This document shows, in pieces, positions 1-14,410 of a stretch of 64,000 bases of DNA. Below the pieces are notes generated by a model. It had not been told where the DNA came from and did no database searches. It saw only the letters and a program-made list of their open reading frames with translations. The DNA comes from the human T2T-CHM13v2.0 reference genome, Homo sapiens: NCBI RefSeq assembly GCF_009914755.1, contig NC_060929.1, one strand, 5' to 3'. Both the position numbers and the translations under genes were made by a program. Each line of letters begins with the position of its first letter. Positions within the stretch are counted from its first letter, which is position 1.

Positions 1-2132
1 ATCAGATTTAATAAATCAGTAAGGATTAGCTAGAAGCCTTCAGCAGTCTCCAAGTCTCACTTGAAATTTTTGCCTTTTATTTTCTACACAAAATGTTTTT
101 TTTCAGGATATTATATGGGGATTGCCCCAATTTACAGAATAATTTTACTGTCAAACTAAAAGGGAAATTTGGGATCTTTTAGTGTAACCACGTCTTCATA
201 CTTCTGAGTAAACTATGGTTCAGAAAGGGGAAATGATCTGCCAGAGGTTGCTCAGGTTGGGTCGTCTTGAACTGTTTCCCAAAACATAAACATATTTTAA
301 GGCAAGCCAGTGCTTTCCAACCTTTTTCACTTTGCATCACACAGAAAATGATAGTATTTTAATGGAACACTGGATTAAAAGGAGAAGGAAGAGGTTGCTC
401 AGAGGCCAAGGAGGCTGGCCCAGGGACTGTGGCCGCCCCAGCCCCACCCACCACCTGTGGGTTAAGGGGTCAGTATCTTGGCACCCCTGTCACCTTGTGA
501 GGCAGCCCAGGACTGCTGCTTAGGGAAACCCCAGCGAACCCACTGCAATCTCAACTCTCCCAGGATTGTTTGTTAAACCAAATGACTCTTTTTTTTTTAG
601 TGGATGGATTTTCAACAGCAGTTAAAGTCGGGGTTTTCAGTTCATTTGTAGGGTTTTTGTTTTTAGTATAAAAAATATAAATTTCAACTAATGGAGGGGA
701 GGGGAAAGAGTGGTTGACAGCTTCTCAGTTTGTTGGGTGGGAAGAAAATGAGTCAAACGTGCACAACAGGAAGATTCCCAGGAAGCACTCGAACCCTGTA
801 GCTCTCTAGCCCAAGCAGAATTCACAGCCCAGGTGTTTTATTGCTGGGGCAGGGTAGACATTGAGATGCTAGTCACAGTCCCTTCTTGTGAGATCAAGAT
901 GGGCCTAGGGTGCTTCAGTCATTAGCTCCGCATGTGGTATGGAATGGGTGCTCACACATTTGTTACATGAACAAGTGCTTGAAGCTGGTAAAGATGAGGA
1001 CAGATTTCCCAATTCCTTCCCTTATCTCAGTACAAATAATGTCTAGCTGGCCCAGAAATACTTGCTTTGGCTGTATAAAAGTTTAAAAGACTAGTTACAG
1101 TAATATTCATAAGCTGTTGACAATTTGTGCCTAATTACCAAGTGGAACAGTAATAATACATACCATAAAATATGTCTGAGCTTTAAGCTTAATTTAATTC
1201 CATGGCTAAATTATATTCTCACAGATTCTGCTGTAAAGGTGTTTTTCACATAGCATGATCTTTGAATCATGAGCCCATGGATTAAAATTCTAGGAAACAT
1301 TAATGGCAATTGAATATTGTTTTCTTGTCAGTCCTTTCCTCTGGTTCTCCTCTCTCCTGCTTCTGAAACAATGGATAGAGAAGGACATTTGTCTGATAAA
1401 GTGTTCTGACCTGCACTGCTGTCTCTGCCCAGAATGGCCCTCCCCTCTCTTCTTATCTCTTACCTGTCTGCATTGATTGGACTCACACTGTTCCTGCAGG
1501 ACCCAACAAAACACTGCCTCTTCCTGAGAGCCTTCACCATCCTCTGGCCAGAAAAAATCCCTTTCTATTCAAGCACTTTCTTTGCTCTGTTTTTAAAGCT
1601 CTCACATACTACTTTTGTTACACAAGTGTAGTGGGAAAGTGGCTCACAATGGTAGGAGATTTAAATTAAAATCCTGCTCTGCTGTCATTTCACTCTCATT
1701 TTGGATAGACCACGATTACTTGCTGGGCCTTAGTTTCCTCATCTGTAAAAGGAGGTGGTTAAGCTGGGTCACAGCCAGCCCTCACACCCAGGGGAATGTA
1801 AATTGGGCAGGATCCAGGTGTTGGAGGGATTTAAGTCCTGACTTTGGCATCTCAACATGCAGCTGGTGCCGCTCTCCAGCTTCATTTTCCCTCTTTCTGT
1901 TTCTAGTTCACCTTGGGTTAAAAGTGCAAAGATTTGGCTGAGAGCTCGTCTGGAGGAGGCTTTGACTCAAGAGTCTCTTACCATAACCTGCTGTTGATTG
2001 ACATTTTCGAGGAATAAAACACTTTGAAACTACCAAACTTTTTCAGCAGTCTGCAGCTGTTATAAAAATAGTTCTCCCATAATTCTTCTTTAAAGACAGT
2101 TGTCAATATTTATACCTGTCAAGGAAGATAGC

Positions 2133-2134
<2 letters not shown>

Positions 2135-2168
<34 letters not shown>
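2135..2168. repeat. Poly(T)34 tract
   Basis: Direct count. Confidence 0.95.
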
Positions 2169-2171
<3 letters not shown>

Positions 2172-2399
2172 GAAAATTAGCTTTTCAGGTCTTAGAAATT
2201 AACATGTGACAGTTTTATTTTATTTTTTTTCTGCTGTACATCTGCTGACTTCAGGGATATTATGACTGTCCATTATTCTAGTGTACTCAATGATGAACAC
2301 ATGGAGTGAAAGCATGTCTTCTCCTATTTAGTAGTGACTATGATTCCCTGTCATTGAGCAAGCGTCCCCATTGAGACATGTCAGAGGATGAACTTCACT

Positions 2400-2570
2400 T
2401 AACATTCCAGTTCTGCGACTTAGTTGCTGGGAAAGATATTTAGCTTTAGGCCTCTGTTTCCTCACCTGTATAATGGGAATCCAGTAATATTAGTATTACC
2501 CTGTGACATTGTTGTAAGAACTAAATGAAGTGATACATAGAAAATCATTAGCACAGTGCCTGGCACTTGT
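2400..2570. mobile_element. MIR
   Basis: cctctgtttcctcacctgtataatggg core and tagcacagtgcctggcac; similar MIR cores near 1730, 24975, 37640 and 41040. Confidence 0.7.
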
Positions 2571-3344
2571 TATCTGTGATTTTCTTAAGATATCTTGAAG
2601 TTTGTCTTTTATTTTTAGATCTTCTCTTCCCCCACAGAAGTTGACATTCTATGTGGAAGTTGCTTAGTTATCACAAGTTTTGACTCACTGTTTAGATACT
2701 GGATAAACAATACTAAGATCTTATTGATTGATGCTATTCAGACAGATATTGCCAATACTAAAGGGAACACTTAATAGAATGTACTTCTAGTCTCTTCATA
2801 GGTTTGCCAAGGCAGTCCTCTCTAGTTGTTATCCAGCAACATAGTCCCTTCAGCGCAATACTTCCAGCTTTTGTTTGCTATCATTAATTAATTCATTCAT
2901 CCCCCTTTAGTTTCTTGAGAACTTGCTCTGTGTGTGGCCTCCTTAGGCTTGGTGCTAGCCCAGCTTTGGGCACTGTCTAGGCCAGTCTGGTATTCCCAGT
3001 AGGCTCCAGAGTGTGTGGAGAGGTGGTTATTGCCAACTTTCAGATTCTGGCTATTTGGTTAGAACATTCACTCATGCTAACTGGTCCTGCCGATAGATTT
3101 TATGTGTCTTTTATATCTGGGAACCCTTGATGTGTGCTGCCTCAAATACGCACGATCTTTCTAAAAGAGATTAGCACATTAGATGAGTGAAATTTCTTGA
3201 CCATTTCCTTACTTATTGTGTCATCTTGGGAACCGTGGAAACAAGGGGGTCATATATTCTTGACAGATTTTTATAGAGAAAGCAAATGATTGTTTTTGAA
3301 ATGTAAACATGGTGGAAATCTCTGCTGTAATGCCTTTTGTGTAT

Positions 3345-3975
3345 TACATTCATCTCTTTGATCTATTTATTGGGTGCCTTCTTTGTGCCAAGCCTTGTTC
3401 TAGGCAACGGGGATGAACTAGAAGACACAATTCCTGCTCTCATGAGAACTTACTTTCTAGAAGTGAGATTGGTAATAAATAAGCAAGAAAATTCAGGTAA
3501 TTTCAGAGAAGGTTGAAAACAAAATAAAATGGGCTGATGTGATAGAGAATCACAGAGCAGAGGGGCTTCTGTAGATTGGGTGGTCAAGGAAGGTGTGTCC
3601 TGGGAGTTGATGTTTGAGTGTAGACCTGTAGAAAGGCCTTAAGGCAGGAATGAGCATGTTGTATTCTGGCAGGTGGAAGGAGAGCAGAAATCAAGTCTGG
3701 CTAGCACCAAGTGAACATGGTGGAGGGTGGTAGAAGAATGGATCGGAGGCAGACATGGCCTTTAGACTGTGACCTTTAGACACTTAGAAGTGCTCTGAGG
3801 ATCTGGATGAGGGCTTTTAGCAAAAAACAAGTTCTGTTTTACTTTTTATGACAGTCACTCTGGCTGCCCTATGGAGAGTGGATTGTGGGCAGAGGAGAAG
3901 CAGGAAGACCCAGCAGGAGCCACTGCAGTCACCTGCCTGGGCAGTGGCACTGGGCATGGAGACAGGAGGTTTTAT
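3345..3975 (-). mobile_element. L2 LINE fragment
   Basis: tatttattgggtgcc...tgtgccaag...cctgctctcatg...ggtggtcaaggaagg...cactctggctgc. Confidence 0.65.
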
Positions 3976-5065
3976 TTACCTAGAGGACCTCCTGATTCTT
4001 CAGTCTTGTGTCTTTTTTCCTGCTGGTGTTTACTAGAGTGCCTGATGTACAACTTATCTCGTGCTGGCAGTCTCTTAGGGCTTACTAAGAAAGCCACCAT
4101 GTTGTCACCTACAAATATTTGAGTTTAGTGGGTTGAACACATTTAACTTCTAAAGCCTTGAAGTTAGTTCTTCTTTGACATCCTCAAATCCTGGGGCAGG
4201 GGTGGTGGGGGCTGGAAAAAATCTGTCTCTACAACAGTATCCCCAAGTCTGCCCAGGTTCACCATGCACCACTTTTCCCAGGTACTTCATGCAAACGAAT
4301 TCCACAACTTCTCATCTTCCAAGCAAATCTGGCACAGAGCTCTGGTGCCAATTTAATTCCTGCTCTTTCATTCCACCCAGGGCCACATATTCAAGCAATG
4401 TACCTGAATTTAGGATGAGAGATCTTATTTAATTCAACTCCCTGATTTTAGAGGGGAGGAAACTGAAGCCTAGAGAGGTGTATTGGCTTGTCCAGAGTCC
4501 ACACTAGAAACCACCTTTCTTTTGTGGGCCAATTCTTTATTCATGTTTATACTTTTATTTTCACACTCTGTTATTTTCTTGCTTATCAAGGCTCTCATAG
4601 AAATTGACGCCACAGTGAAAATTTTTGTATAATACTTGACATAGTATGCATTCAATGAACAAATGGTTGTTAGTACTCTCATTGCTGTAGAATCCATTTA
4701 CAAATAAGTGTTAGATTAAGATTTGAAATATAAAGAAAGGGAGGAAATTGCTCCTTAATTCCAAAGATAGCCACTGTTAACATTTTGGAATGTTTCCTTT
4801 GTCTTTCTTTGTAATTTTTTTTAAGAAATAGCCATTTTTTATATAAAAATTTTTATATCCTGCTCTTTTAGTTAATATTATAACATGAATATTTTCCTAT
4901 ATTCTTAAAAAGTCTTAAGATAACTTTTAATGGCTTCATGGTTTTCAACAATATGGATATACCATAATTGCCTTAATATTTTCTCTGTTGTATCTACTCT
5001 TTGCTGTCATGAATAATCCTGCCATGGTACCTCACAGAATTGATTCTTTAAAAAAAAAAAACAAA

Positions 5066-6870
5066 AATTGGGGGCACATAGTAGGTGTGTATATTTATGG
5101 ATTACATGAGATATTTTGATACAGACACCGAATGTGTAATAATGTTACCCTCACATGAGGGTAACTGGGGTATCCATCACCTCAGGCATTTATCCTTTCT
5201 TTATGTTACAAACAATCCAGTTATACTCTTAGTTATTTTTAAATGTACAATAAATTTTGTTGACTATAGTGACCATGTTGTCCTATCAAATACTAGATCT
5301 TATTCATTGTATGTAACTATATGTTTGTACCCAAGGACCATTCACCTTCTTCACCCCTACTACCCTTCCCAGCCTCTGGTAACCATCCTTCTGCTCTTTA
5401 TCTCCATGAGTTTAATTGTTTTAATTTTCAGTTCCCACAAAGAAGTGAGAACATGCAAAGTTTATCACTTTGTGGCTGGCTTATTTCACTTAACATAATA
5501 TCCTCCAGTTCCATCCATGTTGTTGCAAATGACAGGATCTTATTCTTTTTTTATGGCTGAATAGTACTCCATTGTGTAGTGTACCACATTTTCTTTGTCC
5601 ATTCATCTGTTGATGGACACTTAGTTTGCTTCCAGATCTTGGCTATTGTGAATAGTGCTGCAATAAACATGGGAGTGCAGCTGTCTCTTCAATATACTGA
5701 TTTCCTTTCTTTTGGGCATATATATATACCTAGCAGTGGGATTGCTAGATCATGTGTTAGTTCTATTTTTAGTTTTCTGAGGACCTTTAACTCTTATCCA
5801 TAACAGTTGTACTAACTTACGTTCCTACCAGTAGTGTACAAGAGTTACCTTTTCTCCACATCCTCACCAGCATTTGTTATCGCATGTCTTTTGAATATGT
5901 CATTTTGACTGGGGTGAGATGATATCTCATTGTAATTTCGATTTGCATTTCTCTGATGATCAATCATGTTGCACCTGTTCATATGCCTGTTGTTTGTATG
6001 CCTTCGTTTGAGAAATGTCTATTAAGATCTTTTGCCCATTTTTAAATTTTTTTTCAGTTTTTTTCCTGTTGAGTTCTTTGAGCTCCTTGTATAGTCTGGT
6101 TAGCGTTCCTTTATCAGATGGATGGTTTGCAAATATTTTCTCCCATTCTGTGGGTTGTCTCTTCACTTTGTTGATTGTTTCTTTTGCTGTGCAGATTTTT
6201 ATTTAATAACTTGATGTGATCCCATTTGTCCATTTTTGCTTTCGTTGCCTGTGTTTGTGGGGTATTTCTCAAGAAGTTATTGCCCAGACCAGTGTTCTGA
6301 AGATTTTCCCCAATGTTTTCTTCTAGTAGTTTCATAGTTTGAGGTTTTAGATTTAAGTCTCTAATCCATTTTGATTTGATTTTTTTACAAGGTGAGAGGT
6401 AGGAGTCCAGTTTCATTCTTCTGCATATGGGGGTATTGAAGAGACTGTCTTTTCCCCAGCATATGTTCTTGGCACCTTTGTCAAAAATGAGTGCACTGTA
6501 GGTGTGTGAATTTGTTTCTGGGTTCTCTATTCTGTTTCATTGGTCTCTGTGTCTGTTTTTATGCCAGTACCATGCTGTTTTGGTTATATAGCTCTGTAGT
6601 ATAACTTGAAGTCAGATAATGTGATTCCACCAGTTTTGTTCTTTTTGCTTAAGATGGCTTTGGCTATTCAGATCCTTTTGTGTTTCCATATAAATTTTAG
6701 GATTATTTTTTCTATTTCTGTGAAGAACGTCATTGGTCTTTTAATAGGGATTGCATTGAATCTACAGATTGCTTTAGTTACTATGGACACTTAAACAATA
6801 TTTATTCTTCCAGTCCATGCATGTGGAATATCTTTCCCTTTTTGTGTGTCCTCTTTAATTTTTTGCATTA
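5066..6870 (-). mobile_element. L1MA-type LINE-1, 3'UTR and ORF2 C-terminus
   Basis: Minus-strand ORFs [14 protein letters not shown] and MKLDSYLSP...KMDKWDHIKL; L1MA1-3-like 3' end. Confidence 0.88.
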
Positions 6871-6875
6871 GTTTA

Positions 6876-7472
6876 TGTAGAGCCCTGGGACCTTGAATGA
6901 ACATAGGTTGTAGTCAGACAGTGGTCACCATGGGCCTTGGGTGAGACCCAGTGTTGTGATGGCTTCAGGTCTGACCCAGTGAGCATTGAAGAATTAGGTA
7001 TTTATTGTAGCCTTCACAGTCTAGCTTGTTTGTACTTGTTCTTGGGAAGGCTTTCCAAGTATTCAAAGGGACTTGAGTGTTCTGATCTAAATCTGTGGTC
7101 ACTGCAGCTATGTCTGCATTAGGGGGCACCCCAAGTCCAGTAATACTGTAGCTCTTGTAGACTCTTTGAGTTACCACCTTGGTGGTCTTGCATAATATTC
7201 TGGAAAATTCCCTGGATTTCTAGGCAGAGACTCTTGTTGTCCTCCTTTACTTTCCCCCAAACAAACGGAGCCTGTCTCTGCTGAGCCACCTAGAGCTGAG
7301 GGAGGGGTGACTCAAGCACCTCTGTGACCACCACCACTGGGACTGCACTGGGTCTGACCTGAAGCCAGCAGAATACTGGGTCTTACCCAAGGCCCGTGGT
7401 AACCACTGTCTGACTACCATCTATGTTCACTCAAGGTCCTAGGGTCTACAGTCAGCAGGTGGCAAATCCAGC
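6876..7472. mobile_element. Rearranged old L1 5'-region fragments
   Basis: L1M 5'UTR-like motifs (gggtctgacctgaagccag, tcagcaggtggcaaatccag) present in both orientations. Confidence 0.6.
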
Positions 7473-8225
7473 CTGAAGGGCTATCATTGTTTATACCACC
7501 ATGCCTGGCAATAGTGAATGATACTCTGGGAGGGAAGTAATTAATTTGACCTTAATGATATGTATATGATTAGGCAGCCTTGTTCTTTGTTAGCCTTCAA
7601 CAATAGGGATCTTTTTGGTCACTGTCACAGGAGTGAAGACAGAATGACTTACCTTGTAATGTTTGTTTTCTGATACATTGGGCCAAAAGACCCACAGGAA
7701 TCCACCCGTCATCTCCAGAAAGTGAAGTTTTTATTTGAAGTTTGTTCTAGTGTAACAACTTTCATCACATTTCATGTTTCAATAGATGCCAAAGCAAAGC
7801 ACTGAGTGTGTTGGTATTTCTGTTGCCTGCTTCAGCAGTGTCTGGCTCTCAAAGTTGTAGCCTTGCTACCTAACCTGAGACCAAAATAGCCAAGAGCGTT
7901 AAAACTGGTATGTGGGTTGGGAAACAAACATAGTGATCAGGCAAGCCATTTTAGAAGGGGTGGTGGAAAAAACTTCTCCATACACTTAAGTCTTCTTAAT
8001 ATTATTTTTTACTTTTCAAGCATCTAAATTTCCCCTAATGCACACAATTAAATACTGAAATATACATTAGAATTTATTCATTAGAAAATTTGAGATACTC
8101 TACACTTTAAATTGAACTTGTACCGTAGAACTTTTAAATGATTAGGAATGTATGTTTTATAGTTAAAAGAGATTACTTAGAGTAATTTTTTGTCTTCACT
8201 TTCAATATGATGCCCCCCCCCCACC

Positions 8226-8517
<292 letters not shown>

Positions 8518-8662
8518 CCAATATGATGCCTTTTGATGACAAAAAAAGCCTTAACTTTAATGAAGTTGAAGGTATCAGTCCTTCCTTTTATGGGTGAATG
8601 CTTTTGTGCCTTAAATAGGAAATTATTTCAATCCCTGAGGTCTTAAACATATTCTCCTATAA

Positions 8663-9027
<365 letters not shown>

Positions 9028-9505
9028 CAGAATTTATTTTTATACATGATATGAGTTAGGAATCTAATTTCATATCTTTCTATATGGATAATCAATTGTT
9101 TTGTACCAGTTTTCAAATCATCCTTTTCCCATCAGTTTATGGAATTATTTATCATATATTAAGTTTCCACATTTTTATGGGGCTGTTCTGAACTCTTATT
9201 TTTCACTGGTCAGTGTTTGTGTGCAAGCCAGAATCACACAAGCTTATTTGCTATAGCATCATAATAACTTTTTACATCTGTAGGGAAAGTTCTCCCCTCC
9301 TATTCTCCTAATAGAATTCCTAATTTCTATTTAGCTTTTGCTCCTCTCTCTATTTTAGAGTCAACTTACTCAGTTAATTGGGGGAAAAAAATTGAGATTT
9401 GTATTGGAATTGCATTGACCCTATAGATCAATTTGGGGAGGAGTTGACATCTTTATGATACATATGTGAACATATGAATATGTCCCTCCATGAAACCAGT
9501 AGATA

Positions 9506-10627
9506 CAGTCAGTCCTCACTTGACATTATCAATACGTTCTTGGAAACTGCTGGCTGGGTATGGAGGCTTACATCTGTAATCCCAGGACATTGGGAGGCTG
9601 AAGTGAGAGGATCACTTGAGCCCAGGAGTTCAAGACCAGCCTGGGATGGGGAGACCTCATCTCTACAAAAAAATTACCTGGATGTGATGGCACCCACCCA
9701 TGGTCCCAACTACTCTGGAGACTGTGGCAGGAAGATCTCTTGAGCCCAGAAGGTTGAGGCACAGTGAGTCATGTTTGCACCACTGCACTCTAGCCCAGGT
9801 GACAGAGCAATACCCTGTCTCAAAAAAAAAAAAAAAAAAAAGGAAAAGGAAATAACTGCAACTTTAAGTGAAATGACATATAATGAAACCAATTTTACCA
9901 TAGGCTAATGGATATAAACAAAGTTAAATTCCTATGTCATATTTCTGGCCACAGAAAACATCATCAAACTTCTAAATAAAGACCCAACACACTTCTAATA
10001 TTAAACATTGAAAAAAGTATGAACTATGTGTTTAAGAAAGATTAATAAAAACAAATAAGATTATTGGATACACAATTTTTGGTAAATCAGGGAGTGACAG
10101 AGGTCATAGTGATGGTGGGTTAAATCAAGGAATAAATGTTTCCATAGTGAAAATTGTGAGAAGTACCTCCTACTACCATGCAGCTCAAAAACGAGTAATA
10201 CGTGCGGCAGACTTGTTTATCACTTTTGTGTTACATCAGTTTATTGTCATGCATTTGTATGATTATCACCTGCCTTATGAATTTTTACTTGACAATCATT
10301 TGTATTCACTCATTTTCCAACCCACTTATTCCATTTTGGAGTCATGGGTAGCCAGAGCCTATCCTGGCAGTGCAGGGCACCAGGCAGGAACCAGCCCTGG
10401 ACAGGATGCCATCCCATCACAGGGCACACTAACAGATACCCACCTCAGACCGGGGCTATTACACCAATGAACCTAACTTGTACATCTTTGGCATGTGGGA
10501 GGAAACTGGAATACCCAGAGAAAATCCACACAGGCATAGGGAGAATGTGCAAACACAGTGGCCAGGCTGGGAATTTTTTTTCCCTTATCAATTTTGTAAT
10601 GAAATGACATTATTTGAGGACCTGCTG
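9506..10627 (-). mobile_element. MER6 (TcMar-Tigger) DNA element with an inserted Alu
   Basis: TA-flanked termini cagtcagtcctc.../...gaggacctgctg; MER6 core gccagagcctatcc...gccctggacagg...tgtgggaggaaactgga. Confidence 0.8.
9552..9850 (+). mobile_element. Alu (J-like) inside MER6
   Basis: Alu dimer with polyA; aactgc repeated on both sides. Confidence 0.9.
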
Positions 10628-11485
10628 TATTTTTATTTTGGTTTTAAGTCCTTTCAATAAATTTTAAAAGTGTTCTCTATAAAGGGTTTTTACATCTTTT
10701 ATTAGATTAATTACTAAGTACTTTTTGTTAGTATATAGGTCATATCTTTTTTACAATAGTCTTCTAATTATTTGTTGCTCTTACAGAAAAATGCAACTGA
10801 GTTTGCATCTTGATCTTAAATCTAGCCATTTTGCTAGAGATCCTCTCATTAATTATAATACTTTGTATAGAGATTCCTTTTGGTTTTCCTTGTGGACAGC
10901 TATGTGATCTGCCAATGACAGTTTTGTTTTGTCCTTTCTCATCCTAATGCCTTTTTATTGTTATGTTTTTCTATCTGGGACCTCCAGGAAAATGTGGATA
11001 TCGTGTCTTGATTGACCTAAGGAAAGGCTTCTACCATTTCACCATTAAGCCTGTGTTTGCTGCAGGATTTTGGTAGCTAGCCTTGACCTGGTTGAAGAAG
11101 TTGTCTAAGGGTCATTTTGTTCTCTCACTCACTCACCACTTAGTGGTGGATGGTGTCGGGAAGAAACCTGTTTCCCAGCTAAATAAACATGGTTTAAATA
11201 TTAGAGCTGTGAAGTCTAAATTTTTATATGATATTTTTTCTATATATACAAAGAATTGATTTTTGTATATCAATTACCTCTGAAATCCTGAAGTTCAAAT
11301 AAACTAAAAACTTCATCATTCCCTATTAAATTCAGGAGAAATGAAATGCTCAAAGAACATATACATGATTGTATAGTTTTAAAAGCCAGCAGTTTCTGTG
11401 TAGTTCAATATAAAAAATGTTATTCCTTTTGAAAATATTGGAAAGGGAAAGTGTCAGACTTACTTACTTTGGGTAATATATCTTC

Positions 11486-11488
<3 letters not shown>

Positions 11489-11542
<54 letters not shown>
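11489..11542. repeat. Perfect (AT)27 microsatellite
   Basis: Direct count. Confidence 0.95.
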
Positions 11543-11547
<5 letters not shown>

Positions 11548-12579
11548 CTAAATTCGAAGAGAGTAATATTTCTATTCATGTAAATGCCATACACATTTTA
11601 CTCATCAAGGCCTTCAAATAAGTTTCACATCTGACTTTTACATTAGGCCTAAGCCAAATGTATTTTCATTTGTTTTAGTTCATTTCTTCTGTTTCAGTTA
11701 ATTAGTTTATAGGGCATTGGGACTTCATGTGGCTGCTTTGGGCATCTTTTATTTTTAAGAATTTATGATTTATAAAAATTATAGCATTTATAGTTTCAAA
11801 GGAATTTCATATATATTTTCTTAATTGTTTTAAACTTTACAAAATGCACGTAAGGCTAGGATTTCTGTTATTTTTAAATTTTACAGATGAGAAAATGAAA
11901 TGTATTTAGCCAATGGCTAAGCCAGAAATGGAACCTCAGTCTTCTAACTCTAAATGGTATTATAATATGCTTTACCACTACAAATCTTATTAAATTATTT
12001 TAGTTTACCAAGTTAATACTTTTAAAGAATACACTGTCAAATTATTGATTCTTATTGTGTGAAAAAGCCAAATTGAACAATAAGTATAAATACTCTTATC
12101 TTTCAAGGTATTGGAAGGCATAGGTTTCTACAAAATAAAAAGTGTATATTTTTTCTTTTTTTCTCATATCTTTCTAAACTACCGATTTAAAAACATTTCT
12201 ATTTCTGCATTTCCATTGGTCCCTCTCATGTGCTTGTTGAATTTGGTAATCCCATTTGAGACAGCTCCTTTAACAATGCTGTCACAGTTCAGGGAGCCTT
12301 GGCATGACACACGTAACCCTTCTGTGCGGTATTCTCTCTGGCATTACATTCTTACATTACATTCTCTCTGGCATTACATTCTTTCACTTTCCATTTTGTA
12401 CTTTTCTCTATTGCTTTATTTGTATGTAATGTTCTGAAGTCCAAATAACAAAATGTCATTTGGAAGTTATGTGAATTATTCCTAAATTACATAAATGTGT
12501 TTGTAAGGAGTTATTGAATTGTTTGTGATGGTGATCCATGAAATAACTAAGAAAATTTATTTGATTTTTTATGATTTCA

Positions 12580-12824
12580 GCCAATGAAAAAGTATATAAA
12601 ACAGTATAACAGACACCTATTTACCCATCACACAAATGTCGTAGAGATTGACGTTTTGTAATATTTAGGAGTTTTTTAAGTAAATAAAAAATTGCAGATA
12701 CAGCTAAGGTCATACGTAATTAACTGCTATTCCTTTTTCTCCATCTTCATCTCCTAACCTACATGGTAACCATTATCCTGATGTTATTTATTATCCTTAT
12801 GCATGGTTTTTATTCTTTTGTTTG

Positions 12825-12855
<31 letters not shown>

Positions 12856-14410
12856 AACTAGTAGCATATAATCATGTTTTGTGTATTTTAAAAAAGGTAC
12901 ATTAATGTCTCACTGAGCTTATCTTAGTATTCTGCATTGTAAATAATTGTTTTAACAATTGTACAAGTAGATCTATTTATTTTCCTCACATTAGACAATT
13001 AGATTATCTCTATTTTTGTCAGTTATGAATACATACAAACAATATTACAGTGAACAGTTTTATACATGCCTTTTTGAGCACTTGTATGTTTCTTGGGTAG
13101 ATGCTTAAAAGAGGAATTGCTGGGTCATCTAGACCAATATACACAATCTTTAACTTTGCTAGGCGTTTCCATATTGCTCTCCATATCTTGACAGCATACT
13201 GTGTTGAAAAGACTGTCCTTTGTCTACTGTGCTGCAGTGTCACCTTTGTCATAAATCAAGGAACTGTATACATGTCAATCTGTTTCTGTGCTTTCCATTC
13301 CACTGGTTAGATATGTATGTCATTGTGCCAAATCACACTACTGTAATTACTGTAGCATTATAATACTGAGTCATCCAGTTCATGAACATGGTATATTCCT
13401 TCATTTAATTAGGTCTTCTTTAATTTCTTTCAATAATGTTGTGTAGTTTTCTGTGTAGAGACTTGCTCATTTTGTTAGATTTATTCCTAGGTATTTGATT
13501 TCTTTTGATACTATGGTAAATTGTATCATTAACAATGTTTTATTTTGAATTACAGGTTGGGCATTCCTAATCTGAAAATCTAAAATCTGAAATGCTCCAA
13601 TGAGCATTTCTTTTGAGCATCATATTGTTGCTCAAAAAGCTTTGGATTTCAGAGCATTTTAGATTTTATTTGTAATGCAAATATTTCAAGATTAAAAAAA
13701 AATTGAAATTGGAAATACTTCTGTCCCCAAGCGTTTTGGATAAGTGATACTCAACCTGTATTTGTTGCTAAAATATAGGGGAAAAGTTGATTTTTGAATA
13801 CTGAAGTTGTATCCAAAATTCAATTTTTATAGATTTCCTTGGATTTTCTGGGAGCACAATCATGACATATAGGAATAATGAGTTTTATTATTTACTTTCT
13901 AGCCCTTATACCTTTTATTTTTATTTCCCTCTCCTGCCCATTTGTTTCACAAGTGAATGTTGAATTTTATCAAATACTTTCTCTGTGTTATTGGAGATAA
14001 TTGTATGGTTTCTTTATTCTGTTAATGTGGTGAATTACATTGATTGGCTTTTGATTATTAAACCAACTTTGTATTCCTCAAAAGCTCTAAATGGTTTATA
14101 TAACCTTGGATTGACTTATTAATAGTTTATTAAGAAGTTTTGCATGTATATTTATGGGTGAAATTGGTCTGTAATTTTTCTTGTAATGTTCTTTTCAGGT
14201 TTGATAAGATATCCAAATCTGAAATTATTTGGGAAAAATTCTTGTTTTGTTCTCTGGAAGAATTTTTGTAATATTCGTGCTATTTCTTTCTTAAATGTTT
14301 GCAAGAATTCAGTAGGGATGTTCTCTGCATTTAGAGTTTTTCTTGTGGAAGGGCTTTTACAAATGTAATAAATATAGGATTGTTAGATTTTCTATTTCTT
14401 GTGTCGTTTT
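12580..14410 (-). mobile_element. Degenerate L1ME-type fragments
   Basis: Antisense L1 motifs (gaggaattgctgggtcat, atttattcctaggtattt, tgttgaattttatcaaat); ORF piece DPAIPLLSIYPR. Confidence 0.6.
13553..13758. mobile_element. Tigger4a/Zombi-like MITE
   Basis: TA|caggttgggcatt ... tactcaacctg|TA terminal inverted repeats. Confidence 0.82.
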
